Source: Octopus vulgaris (lineage: Eukaryota). Taken from it: a stretch of DNA of 64,000 bases. Shown piece by piece: positions 16,014-28,935 of this stretch. The DNA lies in NCBI GenBank assembly GCA_951406725.2, contig OX597823.1, positions 101,742,001 through 101,806,000 on the forward strand. The letters are read 5' to 3'. The notes under the pieces were generated by a model. It searched no databases. It saw only the letters and a program-made list of their open reading frames with translations, and was not told where the DNA came from. Every line of letters begins with the position of its first letter. Within the stretch, counting starts at the first letter, position 1. The position numbers were made by a program, and so were the translations under genes.

Positions 16014-17145
16014 TGCTAATAATAAACTACAAAAACAAACGCAAAAATTAAAAACCTTATCAAACAAAACCACAAACCTGTAAGCCCGCCATTAAGCTAC
16101 TAATGAGCCATGGTTTACAAATACAATTGTAAACGAGCAAGTTATAAACTTCACAAATAAGTTTGTTATATTTGACCGCACAACTGCAGTACATCGCACA
16201 GTCCAAACGAAATCTGATAAGAAAAAGTTGTTAAACATGGCAGTACCCCAGCACTGAAGGCGGAGCCTCAGCATGGCTGCGCTCTAATAATTGAAACAAG
16301 TAAAAGCAGATAAAAAAGCAATTCTATCAAAATACAGAATTTGTGGAAGTCATAAACATGATAAACTCACAAGATGATCATAGTTTCTCCATCTTAGTAA
16401 AAATTTGTAAGTTCTTTATCTTTGTAAGAAGGCTTAAAAGCTATTTATGAACTAATTTCTCTTGGATTAATATTCATCCAAACCAAGAATTTGAAGGAGA
16501 TGATATCAAAGAAGAATTAATCATTTTATAGGGAGCATAATAAATTGGTAAATATTAAAGGTCTCTTTGTAGTTATTCAAATTTTTACTGTTTTCATTCG
16601 TGAAGCGCGTAGTAAATTGGTCTGTATCAAAGCCACCGTTGTTCTCATTAAAAACCTATATTCATAATTAACCATAAGATTAAAAGAAAGGTCATTGTTG
16701 AGGTCATTTTAATAAATTCATTACAATGATTAATTCTCCCTTTGGTGTCAATTCCTGCAAACTGTTGGTTAAGTTCAGTCGAGAGAAAGAACAAGATACT
16801 GTAACACCCATTACGAGGGACCACACACTTTATAAAGGTGCTATTTAACCATTATTAGTCAAAGGTCCTGTTCTAGTAATTTATTTCATGAAGCATCAGG
16901 GTCTTCAACGTAAAGAATTTCAGTGACATTACTACAACGTGTCTATGAGCTGAACAAAAAGGTTCTTTCTCTATTAAAATACGAATATGCGAAGTGAAAA
17001 AGTGGGGGTAAATATGCAGAATATCAAACAATGTTTTTTTTTGTTTTTGCTCCAATCAAAAAAATGTTATTACAAAGTGGGTTAAAAATATTTATTCTTG
17101 GAGTGCAAAAGCAAATATTAAAGTTAAATGTTAAATTCCTGAATA

Positions 17146-17595
17146 CAAGCATACCTCAACTTACTCGGAAAACGACGTAAAACGAAAAACTTCTTTCAAA
17201 AATTTATTAGCCTATATCTGTTTTAATAAATAATTTCTACATATTTTGACAAGTATTTTATTTTATTTTTCTATTTCAGTATTGATTTGTGCTTTTTCTT
17301 TTAAAGTTTTATGTATTGAAATGTTTGCTGAGACCGACGTAAGGTCGAAAAATCGACTGAAGTAGACGTTTATTTCTCCATTTATAAGGTTGTCCCAAAA
17401 GTTCGTAGAAAGTCTTGGAAAATAATGGTCTTTATTAAGAAGAATAATTTTTGTTGTTTTTGTTAGTACTTGGCGAGTAAAAATTCAATTTTCGCAAGTG
17501 TTAACGAACTTTTGGGACAACCTAATATTTCTTTTAAAAACGACGTAAAGTCGGAAAAGACGTAACTCGAAACGACATAAGTTGAGGTATACCTG
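17146..17595. mobile_element. Tigger/pogo-like MITE
   Basis: TA|CAAGCATACCTCAACTTA...TAAGTTGAGGTATACCTG; subterminal cgacgtaa repeats; right TA not intact. Confidence 0.7.
17385..17525. mobile_element. Mariner-type MITE (MADE1-like architecture) nested in the Tigger-like MITE
   Basis: TA|TAAGGTTGTCCCAAAAGTTCGT...ACGAACTTTTGGGACAACCTAA|TA. Confidence 0.85.
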
Positions 17596-18825
17596 AACTT
17601 TCATCATTTAAATATTTACAATTTTTTTCCATGGGGTGTGCACGAATTAGTTTATGAATAATCTTCATCGAATTATTTTATAGACAGATAACAAAGCTTG
17701 GCGGATCTAAAGCGATTGTCTAAATCGAGGAATTGTGCTTTTCACATAAAGCAAATCACCATCGGTTACGTGCATCGCACAAACAACCTTGTTACCCAGA
17801 ACTACAGTGCATAGAGGTAGATCAATAGAAGGTTTATGTGAACAGTGACAAAGAACTTCCGATCAAGCAGAAGACGTTAAACCATTCTTTGCATTTCGTC
17901 GATGAAAGACACTGAGCTGCACACTCAAGCGATACAGAGTGATAAGAGTAAAATCGAATCTCTTATTAAAGGATTACGTAACTGCAGATGAGGTTTTTGC
18001 ACTCCTAGCTTCATGAGTATATGTGGTGTGAAAAATACTCAAGTAGAAGAAGTTTCATTCTTGGGCGCCATTGTGAAAAAATATATCTATAATAAATTAA
18101 TAATGAATTTGCACGACATGATCATTCGACCTACAAGAAATAGCTGTCTAAATCCTTCAAGTCACACTCCTACCGTCTTATGAAAAGAAACGTAGGATGA
18201 TCATTCTGTACACTTCGTTGTTCCCTGTATACAAAAAAAAGACGAGCAGATCGAGGTTGGAATGCTTGTGATTTAATATCTCTTCGATAAGAGCTGATTT
18301 AGGGTTAAATAACTACAACGGATCGCATAAAAGAGAATGAGAAAGAGAAGAAAAAGCGAGATAATGTTTGTGTATGCGTTTATATGTGCAAGGGAAAAAA
18401 CAGAGATAGAAATATATATAGAGAAAATATATAGAGAGAAAGGGAAAGAGAGAACAGTAAAGAATACTTCTGTAATCATAACTTCTGACCTAGCACATCT
18501 CGATAATATATTGTTAATGTGACCCGAGGAGAAGAATTCACTGTTAAATAAATGGATGTTGCTTGTTAAATAGATATTCTAATTTCAACAATTGACGCTT
18601 GAATTTCTAACAGTTATAATGTCAGTAAAATATCAAGGTTACAAAAGAAAGAAAAAATAAAACAAGGGAAGAAACGCTCAACAAAAATAAAACAGTCACA
18701 GCAGCCACAGTGGCCATAACAACAAGTATAAGTATAATAAAAAATAATGCACTCCATCATGGTGGTTATGTCATAATGGCGCCCACAATGAGATGTTTAC
18801 TAAAGCGAATTTCAAAGAGCAAATT

Positions 18826-19052
18826 GCCGTTAATAACACACGTCTTTAGCTTTCTATCAAACATCCAGTGTCTCTGTTTGATCACATCCGTATTCGTTTG
18901 ATATTTACTGTTTTAACGGTAACAGCCTTTAGTTTTAATAGTCATTGGTTAATATAGATCAGATCACGCGTGCGCCATTTTAAAATTACTGGCTGCACAA
19001 AACAGAGTGAAAGACAGATAATGAAAGAAAATATGTGCGTGTGCAACAGAAA
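18826..19052. promoter_or_regulatory. Direct repeat copy 2; candidate promoter/first exon or terminal exon
   Basis: Contains ATTGG (18944), CACGCGTG and CGCCATTTT (YY1-like, 18973), followed by GTAAGT at 19053. The duplication is certain; the function is inferred. Confidence 0.35.
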
Positions 19053-19642
19053 GTAAGTGTGACAAAGTGAGAAAGGAAAGGGTATTAAACGCGTGCAATT
19101 AATATCTCCGAACATTTGCTTGTATATTATGATGCCAGTGAGGAAGTCTTGAGCCAACTAAGAAGCCTTCTACGCGGTCATTTAATCTGCGAGAAATAGC
19201 AGCCAATTTTCCCTCAACTCACATTTTCACCGTTACCAAATCACGATAGGACACATTAGATATACATGATAATATTAGATAAACATACGGGAAGGTCACG
19301 AATAGAATGATTTCAGTTATATATTTACCTGCGCGATCAGGTTTGATATGAGGTTAAGCAAAACAACGTACTCTAATAAAGCATTTTAGCCTCAAAGCCC
19401 TGGGCTTAGTGCTTAGGGTGTTGGGCTCATGATCACAATGTCGTGAGTTCGATTCCTGGATCGAACAACACTACTTCAAATCACACTGTCTCAGTCTCAG
19501 TTGTACTAGCCAAGTGCTGACGTACGAATATATGTTTTCATATGTGTATGTGTAAATATTATATACATAACCCTTACATGCAGTTTTATCTATTTCGAGT
19601 TATACTGTTGAAAAATTATTTTACGTTCTTTCGAAGGTCTTC

Positions 19643-19992
19643 GAGCGAACGGTCTGCGTCCCAGAGCTCGCAAGATGGGAGAAGTCCGAAACGTGGTCCT
19701 TTGCTATTCGTAAGACCCGCAGGTCAACCCCCGACACCGAGAGCATCGACGGATGGATGAATGCGCATCCAGGCTCAGCGGTTGCGTAGGAAGTCGGGGA
19801 CAAGAAACAGGAAGAAAGAGTGAAAGAAAGTTGGGGCGAAAGAGTACAACAGGGGTCACCACCACTCCCTGCCGGAGCCTCGTGGAGCTTTAGGTGTTTT
19901 CGCTCAACACACACAACGCCCGGTCTGGGAATCGAAACCGCGATCATCCGACGGCGAGTCCGCTGCCCTAACCACTGGGCCATTGCGCCTCC
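19643..19992 (-). mobile_element. tRNA-derived SINE family C, full length
   Basis: Head ggcgcaatggcccagtggttaggg...ggtttcgattcccagacc; 3' part nearly identical to 57758-57927. Confidence 0.85.
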
Positions 19993-20540
19993 ATCTGTTG
20001 GTGGGAGTGATGGTGGTGGTAATGGTGGTAGTGCTTTTATTGTTGTTCATGTTAGTGTGGTTATTGTTGATTGTAGCGTTTTTGTTGGAGATGGTGTTGT
20101 TAGTGTTATCATTGATGTTGGTTCTGAAAGTGGAGTTGTTGTTGTTGTTGTTGAGTACGATGTTACTTGTCACTAAATAATCACCTGCTTCAGACGCTCC
20201 CCCACCCACTAAGTTTGTTTATATTTTATTAGTATTATTTAGTCTTTTTTTTATCTTCGCCATGTTTTATTTTGCTTTTTTTTTCTGTGACTACGTTCAC
20301 AAAATTGTCAGTTTCAGCACGGACCCGAAGTCATGTGCATAAGCTTCACATGACATTTATATTTTAGTTATAAGCAACAAATATGTGAGTGTACGCACGT
20401 ATGTATATATGTGTATATGTGTGTGTATGTGTGCATGTATAAGTGTATATATATGAGTGTGTGTGTGTGTGTATTCATACATACATATACAAACATATAT
20501 AATGTATGTATGTATACATGTATGTCTGTATGCATGTATG

Positions 20541-20609
<69 letters not shown>

Positions 20610-20707
20610 CTAAAGGCGTGTCTATAGAATAATTAACAATGGGAAATGTAACTTGGTCAACGAAATATCATCGTTTCAGAGTGCAGTCCACACCACTTTC
20701 ATTTCAC

Positions 20708-21000
20708 TTCTATTGTGGTTTTCGGTTCAGTCCCAATGCGCAACACCTCGGACAAGAGTTTTCTACTATAGCTTCGGACAAATAAATTTGGTAGGCGGAA
20801 ACTATGTGGAAGCCCGTCGTATTTGTGTATGTGTCTGTCTTTTTTGTATTTCCCCCACCAACACTTAGCAGTTCAGCGAAAGAAACCGATGGAATAAATA
20901 CCAGGCTTTAAAATAAGAACTGGAGCCGATTCGTTCGACTAAAACCCTCCAAGACAGTGCTCCAGTACGGCCGTAGTCCAATGACTGAAAGAAGTAAGAG
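20708..21000 (+). mobile_element. SINE family A, degenerate
   Basis: ggttcagtccca...gtgctccagta.ggccg.agtc.aatgactgaaa. Confidence 0.7.
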
Positions 21001-21239
21001 ATAACAGACAAAACTACATAAGTAAACAAGTCTTATTTCTCTGACTCTCAGGCTATAACCCCCCAATAAGATATTTTCTTGGGTGGTGTATTGCACTTTT
21101 GTTCTAATTTTGAAATATTTATGTATAGAGGAGGGTGAAGCACTAAGTTTTGCCAACACGCACCCAAATACCTTACGAACATTTCGAAGCTTCGTCAAAT
21201 GTCATAACTTGCATGTATTTGCTCAATAAATAAATAAAT

Positions 21240-21639
21240 CTCTTTTACTTGTTTCAGTCATGTTGACTGCGGCTATGCTGGAGCACCGCCTTTTCAGGAC
21301 TTATTCTTTGTAAGCCTAGTACTTATTCTATCGGTCTCTTATGCCGAACCGCTAAGTTATGGGAACGTAAACATACCAGCATCGGTTGTCAAGTGATGTT
21401 GGGGGAACAAACACAGACACACAAACACACACACACACACATACATATATATATATACATATACATATATACGACGGGCTTCTTTCAGTTTCCGTCTACC
21501 AGATCCACTCACAAGGTTTTGGTCGGCCCAAGGCTATAGTAGAAGACACTACTTGTCTTCAAGGTGCCATGCAGTGGGACTGAACCCGGAACCATGTGGT
21601 CGGTAAGCAAGCTATTTACCACACAGCCACTCCTGCGCC
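21240..21639 (-). mobile_element. SINE family A, near full length
   Basis: Head ggcgcaggagtggctgtgtgg..ggttcagtccc, internal (TA)/(TG) tract, tail gactgaaacaagtaaaaga. Confidence 0.9.
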
Positions 21640-21773
21640 TTACAAAATACTTCATCTGTATTTTGGGTTGACTGAAATTTTAAAATCAGTGAAACTATTA
21701 AAACATGAAATTTCTCAGCGAACGAAGTGAACGTTAAATTTCGATATTAATGTGGGCTGTTGAGTGATATATG

Positions 21774-22002
21774 TTTCTTTACTACCCACAAGGGGCTAAA
21801 CACAGAAGGGACAAACAAGGACAGACAAACGGATTAAGTCGATTACATCGACCCCAGTGCGTAGCTGGTACTTTATTTATCGACCCCGAAATGATGAAAG
21901 GCAAAGTCGACCTCGGCGGAATTTGAACTCAGAACGTAACGGCAGACGAAATACGGCTACGCATTTCGCCCGGCGTGCTAACGTTTCTGCTAGCTCGCCG
22001 CC
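21774..22002 (-). mobile_element. tRNA-derived SINE family B, full length with about 20-bp TSD
   Basis: Head ggcggcgagctagcagaa..gagttcaaattcc; TSD tgggctgtt(g/a)ag(t/c)gatatat at 21753-21772 and 22005-22024. Confidence 0.92.
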
Positions 22003-23493
22003 TTTGGGCTGTTAAGCGATATATAACAAGGACTCGATACTGGCAGTAGAGTCAGATATATTATAAATGAAGAAGACGAAGAAAACCTTCAGAAATGGAA
22101 ATGACATTTTTCAGTGAATGAAATGATAACGAAGAAATGAATAAACTACCATCAACCACTACCACCAGTAACAACTACAACAATAACACCAACAACAATT
22201 CTGTTGCAAAAAAATAAATGAGAAAAAATTGGGAAATTAATGAAACTTTTTTTTTTTATATTTAAATAAAAGAATCTGGAATATCTGAATAAATGAAGAT
22301 GTAGGTGGGGAATAAAAATAAATGAAGAAATGTGCGAAATGAATGAAAAATGATGCGGTGATCATGTGTGGTGTTGGGGGGGGGGGGTAGAAAATAATGA
22401 AATTCATGAGTGACTAAAAAAATTACATAAAATAAAAATAAATAAGTAAATACAAAAGAATTAGAGGTTTAGGGGCGGCGCCAAGCTGGAGTTAGGTGAA
22501 AAGTGGGGGTGTAAAATACGAAATTCTTTCGATGTGAAAAATAAAAATAAATATATAAATAAAAAAAATAATAAAGTAAAAATGAAGAAGGAAAATTTCC
22601 TCAGAACAAACTGATAAAGATGAAAAGATTTATTTAAAGGGAGCTGCACCACCGGAAATGCATCTTTGCTCTATTCTTTTTATAGTTATTTTATTTTATA
22701 TATTTCAATTTTGTGAAGACTATTCATTTTTTGATGATTTTTTTTTTAATGTATCGTTACTTATTTACTTCGTTCTTAAAAAAGAATACGAAAAAATCTA
22801 TGTAAGAAAGGATAACGATTCTGCTATTGGCAAATAGAAGCTTATATCTTAATTTTTATTTTTATTTTTTCTTTCTTTTTTTTGTTTGATTTTTCTATTC
22901 TCTCTCATTTCTTTTAATTGTATTGTTGTTGTTACTGTTTTTGTTGTTATCGTTGGTATATGTTACAGAAACACGATGCAGAAAAACATGGAAAGGTAGC
23001 CGGTGTCAGGAAATTTATATTATATAGATGTTGATGGTTGCACAGAGATACATAGAGAGGAGAAAGAAGAGACCGAAAACATGTGTACGTGTATATGTGT
23101 CTATGTGTGCGCGCTTCGTGCCGTGAGTGTATATGTCTTGTATTTGTGTGAGTGCGAATGTATATGTGTGTGTATGTGTATATGTGATTTACACTGCCTG
23201 GTGAGAGTTACAGTTCTCGAAACGGAACATTCAATAGCCAAAGACTAGCAACGAAATTACATGACACACATATTTCCGTTAAAACCTCTATAAGTTCACT
23301 CGTTCCGATTATTCATTGCCTTCATACAATTAGTGTCTTAACCTAAAATATTTTTTGAGCACTTTTGTTGAAAAATACCTCGTTAAGAATAATTAGGATG
23401 TACCTTGGGGAGTGCATATGTATGTATCTTGTAACCGAATATACATATTTACATGTATATGTATTTTTGTGGAAGTATATATATAAGGAGGAT

Positions 23494-23591
23494 ACGACGA
23501 CGAGGGTCCCAACTGATACGATCAACGGAACAGCTTGCTCGTGAAATTAACGTGCAAGTGGCTGAGCACTCCACAGACACGTGTACCCTTA

Positions 23592-23593
<2 letters not shown>
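23494..23593 (-). mobile_element. SINE family D 3' fragment
   Basis: Reverse complement of the 37380-37480 region. Confidence 0.75.
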
Positions 23594-23680
<87 letters not shown>

Positions 23681-23921
23681 CATATATATATATATACACA
23701 CACGCGCACACATACATAGACTTAAAAAGGCTAGGGGAGAGAAAGAAATGAAGAGAGAAAGAACGTATGGGGTAAGGCATGAAAGAACGGAAGAAATTAA
23801 AAGAAGAAAAATAAATGAAAGAAGGGAAGTCGTAATGGAATGAGAGAAAGATACAGAGAATGAGAGACGAGTAACATATAGAAAGAAATACATATATATA
23901 TATATATATATCGGAAATAAG

Positions 23922-24110
23922 GTTTCAAATGTTAGCACAGGGCCAGAAATTTTAGGGGAAGAGGTAAGAATATCGACCCCAGTGTTCAACTGGTAATTAT
24001 CCGAAAGGATTAAAGGCAAAGTTGACCTCGACGGAATTTGAAGGCAGAAAGTTAAAAGCCAGAAGAAATTCCACGAAGAATTTTGCATGACGCCCTAATG
24101 ATTCCGCCAA
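23922..24110 (-). mobile_element. SINE family B, degenerate
   Basis: aaaggcaaagttgacctcgacggaatttgaa motif. Confidence 0.75.
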
Positions 24111-24390
24111 TTATGTAACGAATATATATAGACAAGGCATATAGAGAATGAAACAGAATAAGGGGAGGGAAGTAGGCGCAGACTTGGATGAAGGATATTA
24201 AGGAAGTCAGAAGGATTAGCAAATGTCTAAAACACTTTTTTTAATGTTGTAGCTGTTTAGCACCAAGTTGATCCAGATTAATTTTTTTATCAAACGTGTA
24301 CCAACTGTGACCAACTCGTCATTTTATGTAAACCGGACCACGTTATCTAATGCCTTTTTTTATGTTATGAAGTGGTTTAAAGGAGACTTG

Positions 24391-24868
24391 GCTGTTGCCA
24401 ATGTTTTCGACACCCCACCTTTATTTAGTTGTCTCCAACATAGTTCTCCATTTTCTTCTACATATCCTAATTTCCTCTTCAAAGCCACGAAATCTTCTAG
24501 AAATACCAGTCAAATCTCCCTCGGCTCACTTTCCGACTGTCTTAGAAATAGAACACGATAGATATAGCAGATATAGCGACGTTGGTTGCTAGTATAGCTG
24601 AGTAGGCCCGGGTTAGCCCTGATTGAGCAAACTTATAATCAAAGACACTCCAGTCGTGAGTATCCTGTCTTTTTCAAGGAACCATGGACGGCAATTTCTA
24701 TCGTGTTCTATTTCTAAGACAGTCGGAAAGTGGGCCGAGGAAGATTTGACTGGTATTTCTAGAAGATTTCGTGGCTTTGAAGAGGAAATTAGGATATGTA
24801 GAAGAAAATGGAGAACTATGTTGGAGACAACTAAATAAAGGTGGGGTGTCGAAAACATTGGCAACAGC
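24391..24868. repeat. 172-bp inverted repeat, 134-bp spacer
   Basis: 24391-24562 vs 24697-24868, 2 mismatches seen; also visible as twin ORFs on opposite strands. Confidence 0.95.
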
Positions 24869-25294
24869 GACAAAGGAGGAGATGGCATAAAAACGAAGAT
24901 ATGAAAATAAAGAAAGAAAGAAAGAAAGTTAAAATATTAAAATGATGACAGACAGAAAGATAAATGGTGGGGTGTACTTAACATGAGAATCAGAGAAGGA
25001 ACGAAAGGATAAAAAGTGTAAAAGAAGCTGAAATATTCAGATGATGAGAGATAAAAGATAGATGAGGGACTTATTTTTACAAGGCTAGAGAGAGGGGCAA
25101 ATGGGAGGACGATAGGCAGAGAATGAAAAAGAGGAGTAGTGGTGGTGGTGGTGTTGTGTGTGAAAGTGTAAGAAATAGGGAGATGACAGAGAAGCAAGAG
25201 GTAATAGAAAAGATAAAAAGATACAAAAAATGAAGAGTGAAAAGTGGCATGGCGAACACGGAGAGAGCGCGAAAGAGAGAGAAGGAAATGGGAA

Positions 25295-25368
<74 letters not shown>

Positions 25369-25917
25369 ATAATAATGTAAGATATATTGAGAGAGGAAAG
25401 AGAGGAATGAAAAGAATGAAAAACAATGGGACGAGAAAAACAGTGATACACAAAATTGAGCAAAAAGAAAGAAAAAGTAAAATACGGTGAGAAAATACAA
25501 AGAAATTTCAGAGAAAGAAGAGACCAAAAATGTAAACAGGTTTTTTTGTATACTTCCTTCAATATTTTTATGCTTTTTCGTTTCTTCTCATTTTTTTCTT
25601 TCTTTTTTCTTCCTAAAAAGAACGAAAAAAGTGGTTGATAATTCCATCGTTGAGTGAATAACGACTACATAAGATGGCAGACGATTGTCAAAAACTGTGG
25701 TCTCAGAATGTGAAAGGTTTTATAAGACCTTATAGTCTTTTCTGTTTGCTTGCTTTTGCTACTCTTCCTTCTCATCTTCTGAGAGGGAGGAAGGGAGGGG
25801 AGGAGGGAGAGAGAGACAGAGAGAGAGAAAGACAGACAGACTGAGACTGTTAGTGATAGAACATACATATATATATATATATACTCTTTTACTCTTTTAC
25901 TTGTTTCAGTCATTCGA

Positions 25918-26354
25918 ATTTTGATGTAGACCATCTTAATTTCCATCAACAGCTTTTAACGCCAAGAAAAACCGAGATCTCTATTAACTTTGTCTTTAGG
26001 TTCTAATTGCTAATAAGCTACCCTTTTTAATTTGTTGTTTACACTTTTACTGTTTTGGAAATCAGTGCATGTTTCAACGCTTTCTCTCATAAGACTAACA
26101 GAGGTAGTTGAGTTTAACCCTAGGCGTTAAGAGCTGCTGATGAAGATTAAGATGGTTGACATTAAAATCCAAAATCACGATCCGGCTATGTACACTGGGG
26201 ACTTACCTCCCCTCGTCAGTCACTTAAGATAGTGCGTTTGTAGCTTTGAGTTAATTTAACCCTTATCTTTAGCAAAGGATACTGTCACTACTGTGACCTC
26301 TATTAATTTTTCCTTTAGGTTCTAATTGCTAATAAGCCACCCTTTTTATTTGTT
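25918..26354 (+). mobile_element. Penelope-like relic: inverted + direct repeat with hammerhead-like motif
   Basis: IR 25918-25963/26123-26168; DR 25979-26036/26298-26354; gctg-CTGATGA-agatt..aatcc-AAAA-tcacga-TC-cggc at 26133-26186. Confidence 0.55.
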
Positions 26355-26392
26355 ACACACACACACATATATACATAAATATATGCACAAAG

Positions 26393-26436
<44 letters not shown>

Positions 26437-27325
26437 AGTATATATATATGTATGAGTGTGTGTGTGTGTACAAACACATAAGTATATATATGTGTGTATG
26501 TGTATATTTGTGTATATATGTGTATTTGTGAGTGTACAGATAGACAGACAATCAGGGTAACGGCGCAATAAAGCTAAAGTACAGTGGGGTTGACAAGGAC
26601 AGAATACAGGGTGATGGCGACAACGACAACAGCGTCGACGAAGATGACAACATCGATAACGATGTTGATGATGATCGTGATGAGCAATAACATCAAACAG
26701 CAACAACGAAGTAGAAACACATGTGTGGGGCTGTAAAGAAAGAGAGAAGGGTACAGAAGAAGAGGTGGATTTAGGGAATGTTGATTGTACTGCAAGATAA
26801 CTGAAAGCAAATCGTCTGTGAAAAAGAAAACATGTAAATGTGAAGCGATTGTCTTGGTACGGGAAGGGGAAATATATACCACAACTAGGACTGTCACTTG
26901 CAATCCAGGATGAGTTGGTTGCATGGACTAATGCTTTCACTAATTATTTTAGGTGCCCGTGTAGTCGCGAATAGATGCAGACATCCTTTTTTTCTAATTC
27001 CTTTCACTTCTGATCCGGCAGAACATTCAGGGTGCGACAGGAGAAGGGAGGGAGATAGAGAGGGGAAGAGGGTGGGAGTGAAAGTGGAAGAGATGGAAGG
27101 AAGGAAAGAGGGAGATGGAGATAGAGAGGGCATTATCAACATTCTGTTCTGACCTTATTTGTCAGCCCTGAATAGATGAAAGGTAAAGTTGACACCGGTG
27201 GGATTTGAAACTCTGATCGCAGAGAGGTAGAACAAATATCGCAAAGTAATTTATCGTGTGCACTAATAACTCTGCCAATCGACTGTTTTACATAATACGT
27301 ACGTACGCGCGCACACACACACACA

Positions 27326-27358
<33 letters not shown>

Positions 27359-27446
27359 GTACGCATACATACAAACATACATGACTTACAAATATTATTT
27401 AATATTCAGCTAACTAAACGACCTGTCAATATTTTAAAGAAAATAA

Positions 27447-27656
27447 GGTGGCGGGTTGGTAGAATCGTTAGAACGCCAGGCAAAATGCTTTGCGGTATTT
27501 CGTCCGTTTTCACGTCCTGAGTTCAAATTTCGCCGAAGCCGACTTGCCTTTCGTCCTTTTGGAGTCGATAAAATAAGTACCAGATAAGCACCGGGGTCGA
27601 TGTAATCGACTTGTCCCTCCCCCAAAGTTGCTTCCGCTGTGCCAAAACTTGAAATC
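27447..27656 (+). mobile_element. SINE family B
   Basis: ggtggcgggttggtagaatcgttag..gagttcaaatttcgccga. Confidence 0.85.
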
Positions 27657-28247
27657 AAGATTTTAAAGAAACATAGAGATAACGAAACTATCATGTTGCT
27701 TCTGCTGAGCAAGTGGACAGGGAAACGGTCAGAGAAAGAGACACAGTACCAGTTACATTACTGGATATAACATACACAAGTATTACCAACGAAATAATCT
27801 TAAAATTAAATAATACTCTCTGTGTAAAGTGGATGGGGTATTTCACATACCATATTATAGGATAAGTTCAATTTCTATTTCCTAACTTTAAGTTTTATCC
27901 TGGAACGAAGACATAAGTCTTCTTCGATAACATACGTACGTAGATATGACGGGCTTCTTTCAGTTTTTGTTTACCAGATCCACGCACAAAGCATTGGTCG
28001 ACCTGGGGCTATAGTTGAGGACACTTGCCAAAGTGCTTCACGTCGGAACCATGTAGTTGGGAAGCAAACTTCTCACTACACAGCTAAAAGGTGACGGAAG
28101 CACTATGGTAAATATGTTATAGAAAACTGAATAATTGTAGTTTTGAGAGTCTCTCATATTGAGAAGCTCTCTCAAGACGAATACTGCGGTTTCAAGGTTT
28201 ATATAGTGTACACACATACACACACGTACATATGTTTATAATTAAAG

Positions 28248-28336
28248 TTACGTCTGACGAAATGGGTTGGTTATTTTGTTCTATTATGTAATCTACTAAT
28301 AAATATGCAATTCTCATGAAAATGTTTGTTACGTAA
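28248..28336 (+). ncRNA. Hammerhead-like motif with long stem II
   Basis: ttacgt-CTGACGA-aatgggttg...caattctcat-GAAA-atgtttg-TT-acgtaa; core intact, stem III weak. Confidence 0.45.
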
Positions 28337-28897
28337 TTGATGTCCACTTCATTCTTATTCATTTATATGTGTGTAAGTGTATGTGTGTAAGTGTATGTAT
28401 GTGTGTGCATTGTATAACTTCATATTTATACATGCATATTTTGTATGAATGTATGCACATATGCATGTATATACGTCTGTATGTAGGTTTATTCTTTGAG
28501 CTTTGTTTAAGTTGGTCATACTGGTCGCGAACAAAATGACAACAGTCGTGTGTTTTAGTCAAGACTGTTCCATGGATGTATGATAACGTGCACTGTTGTG
28601 TGGATAACTTTGCACTCGTATAACGCGTCTGCATGTCATTTGCATTACTATTTTGATTGTGTGAACATATATACGAGTGTCTGCGCAAGCGTGTGTGTGT
28701 ATGTGTACATGCATGTGTGTCAGTGCATATGTATTTTAGTGTATATATGTATTATCCAGTGGAATAAATCTGATTTCAGACGAGGCGTAGTTGTCATAAA
28801 TGTCACGCACCGCTAGATGTTCCAGTCTTTATTTCTGTTGTATGACATATTTGAGAAAGCGTACGTATATATGCGTACACGAGTGTGCCGTGTATAA

Positions 28898-28935
<38 letters not shown>

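Noticed and set aside
19668-19704. Hammerhead-like GAAAC..GTC in SINE C antisense
   Set aside because: No CUGANGA core, and GAAA is not kept in the second copy.
19900-19992. tRNA genes at SINE heads
   Set aside because: A/B boxes are present, but the heads continue into shared SINE bodies and I could not fold complete cloverleaves.
26898-27152. ORF with a signal-peptide-like start (MSWLHGLMLSLIILG)
   Set aside because: Weak donor; runs into GA-rich low complexity; no support.
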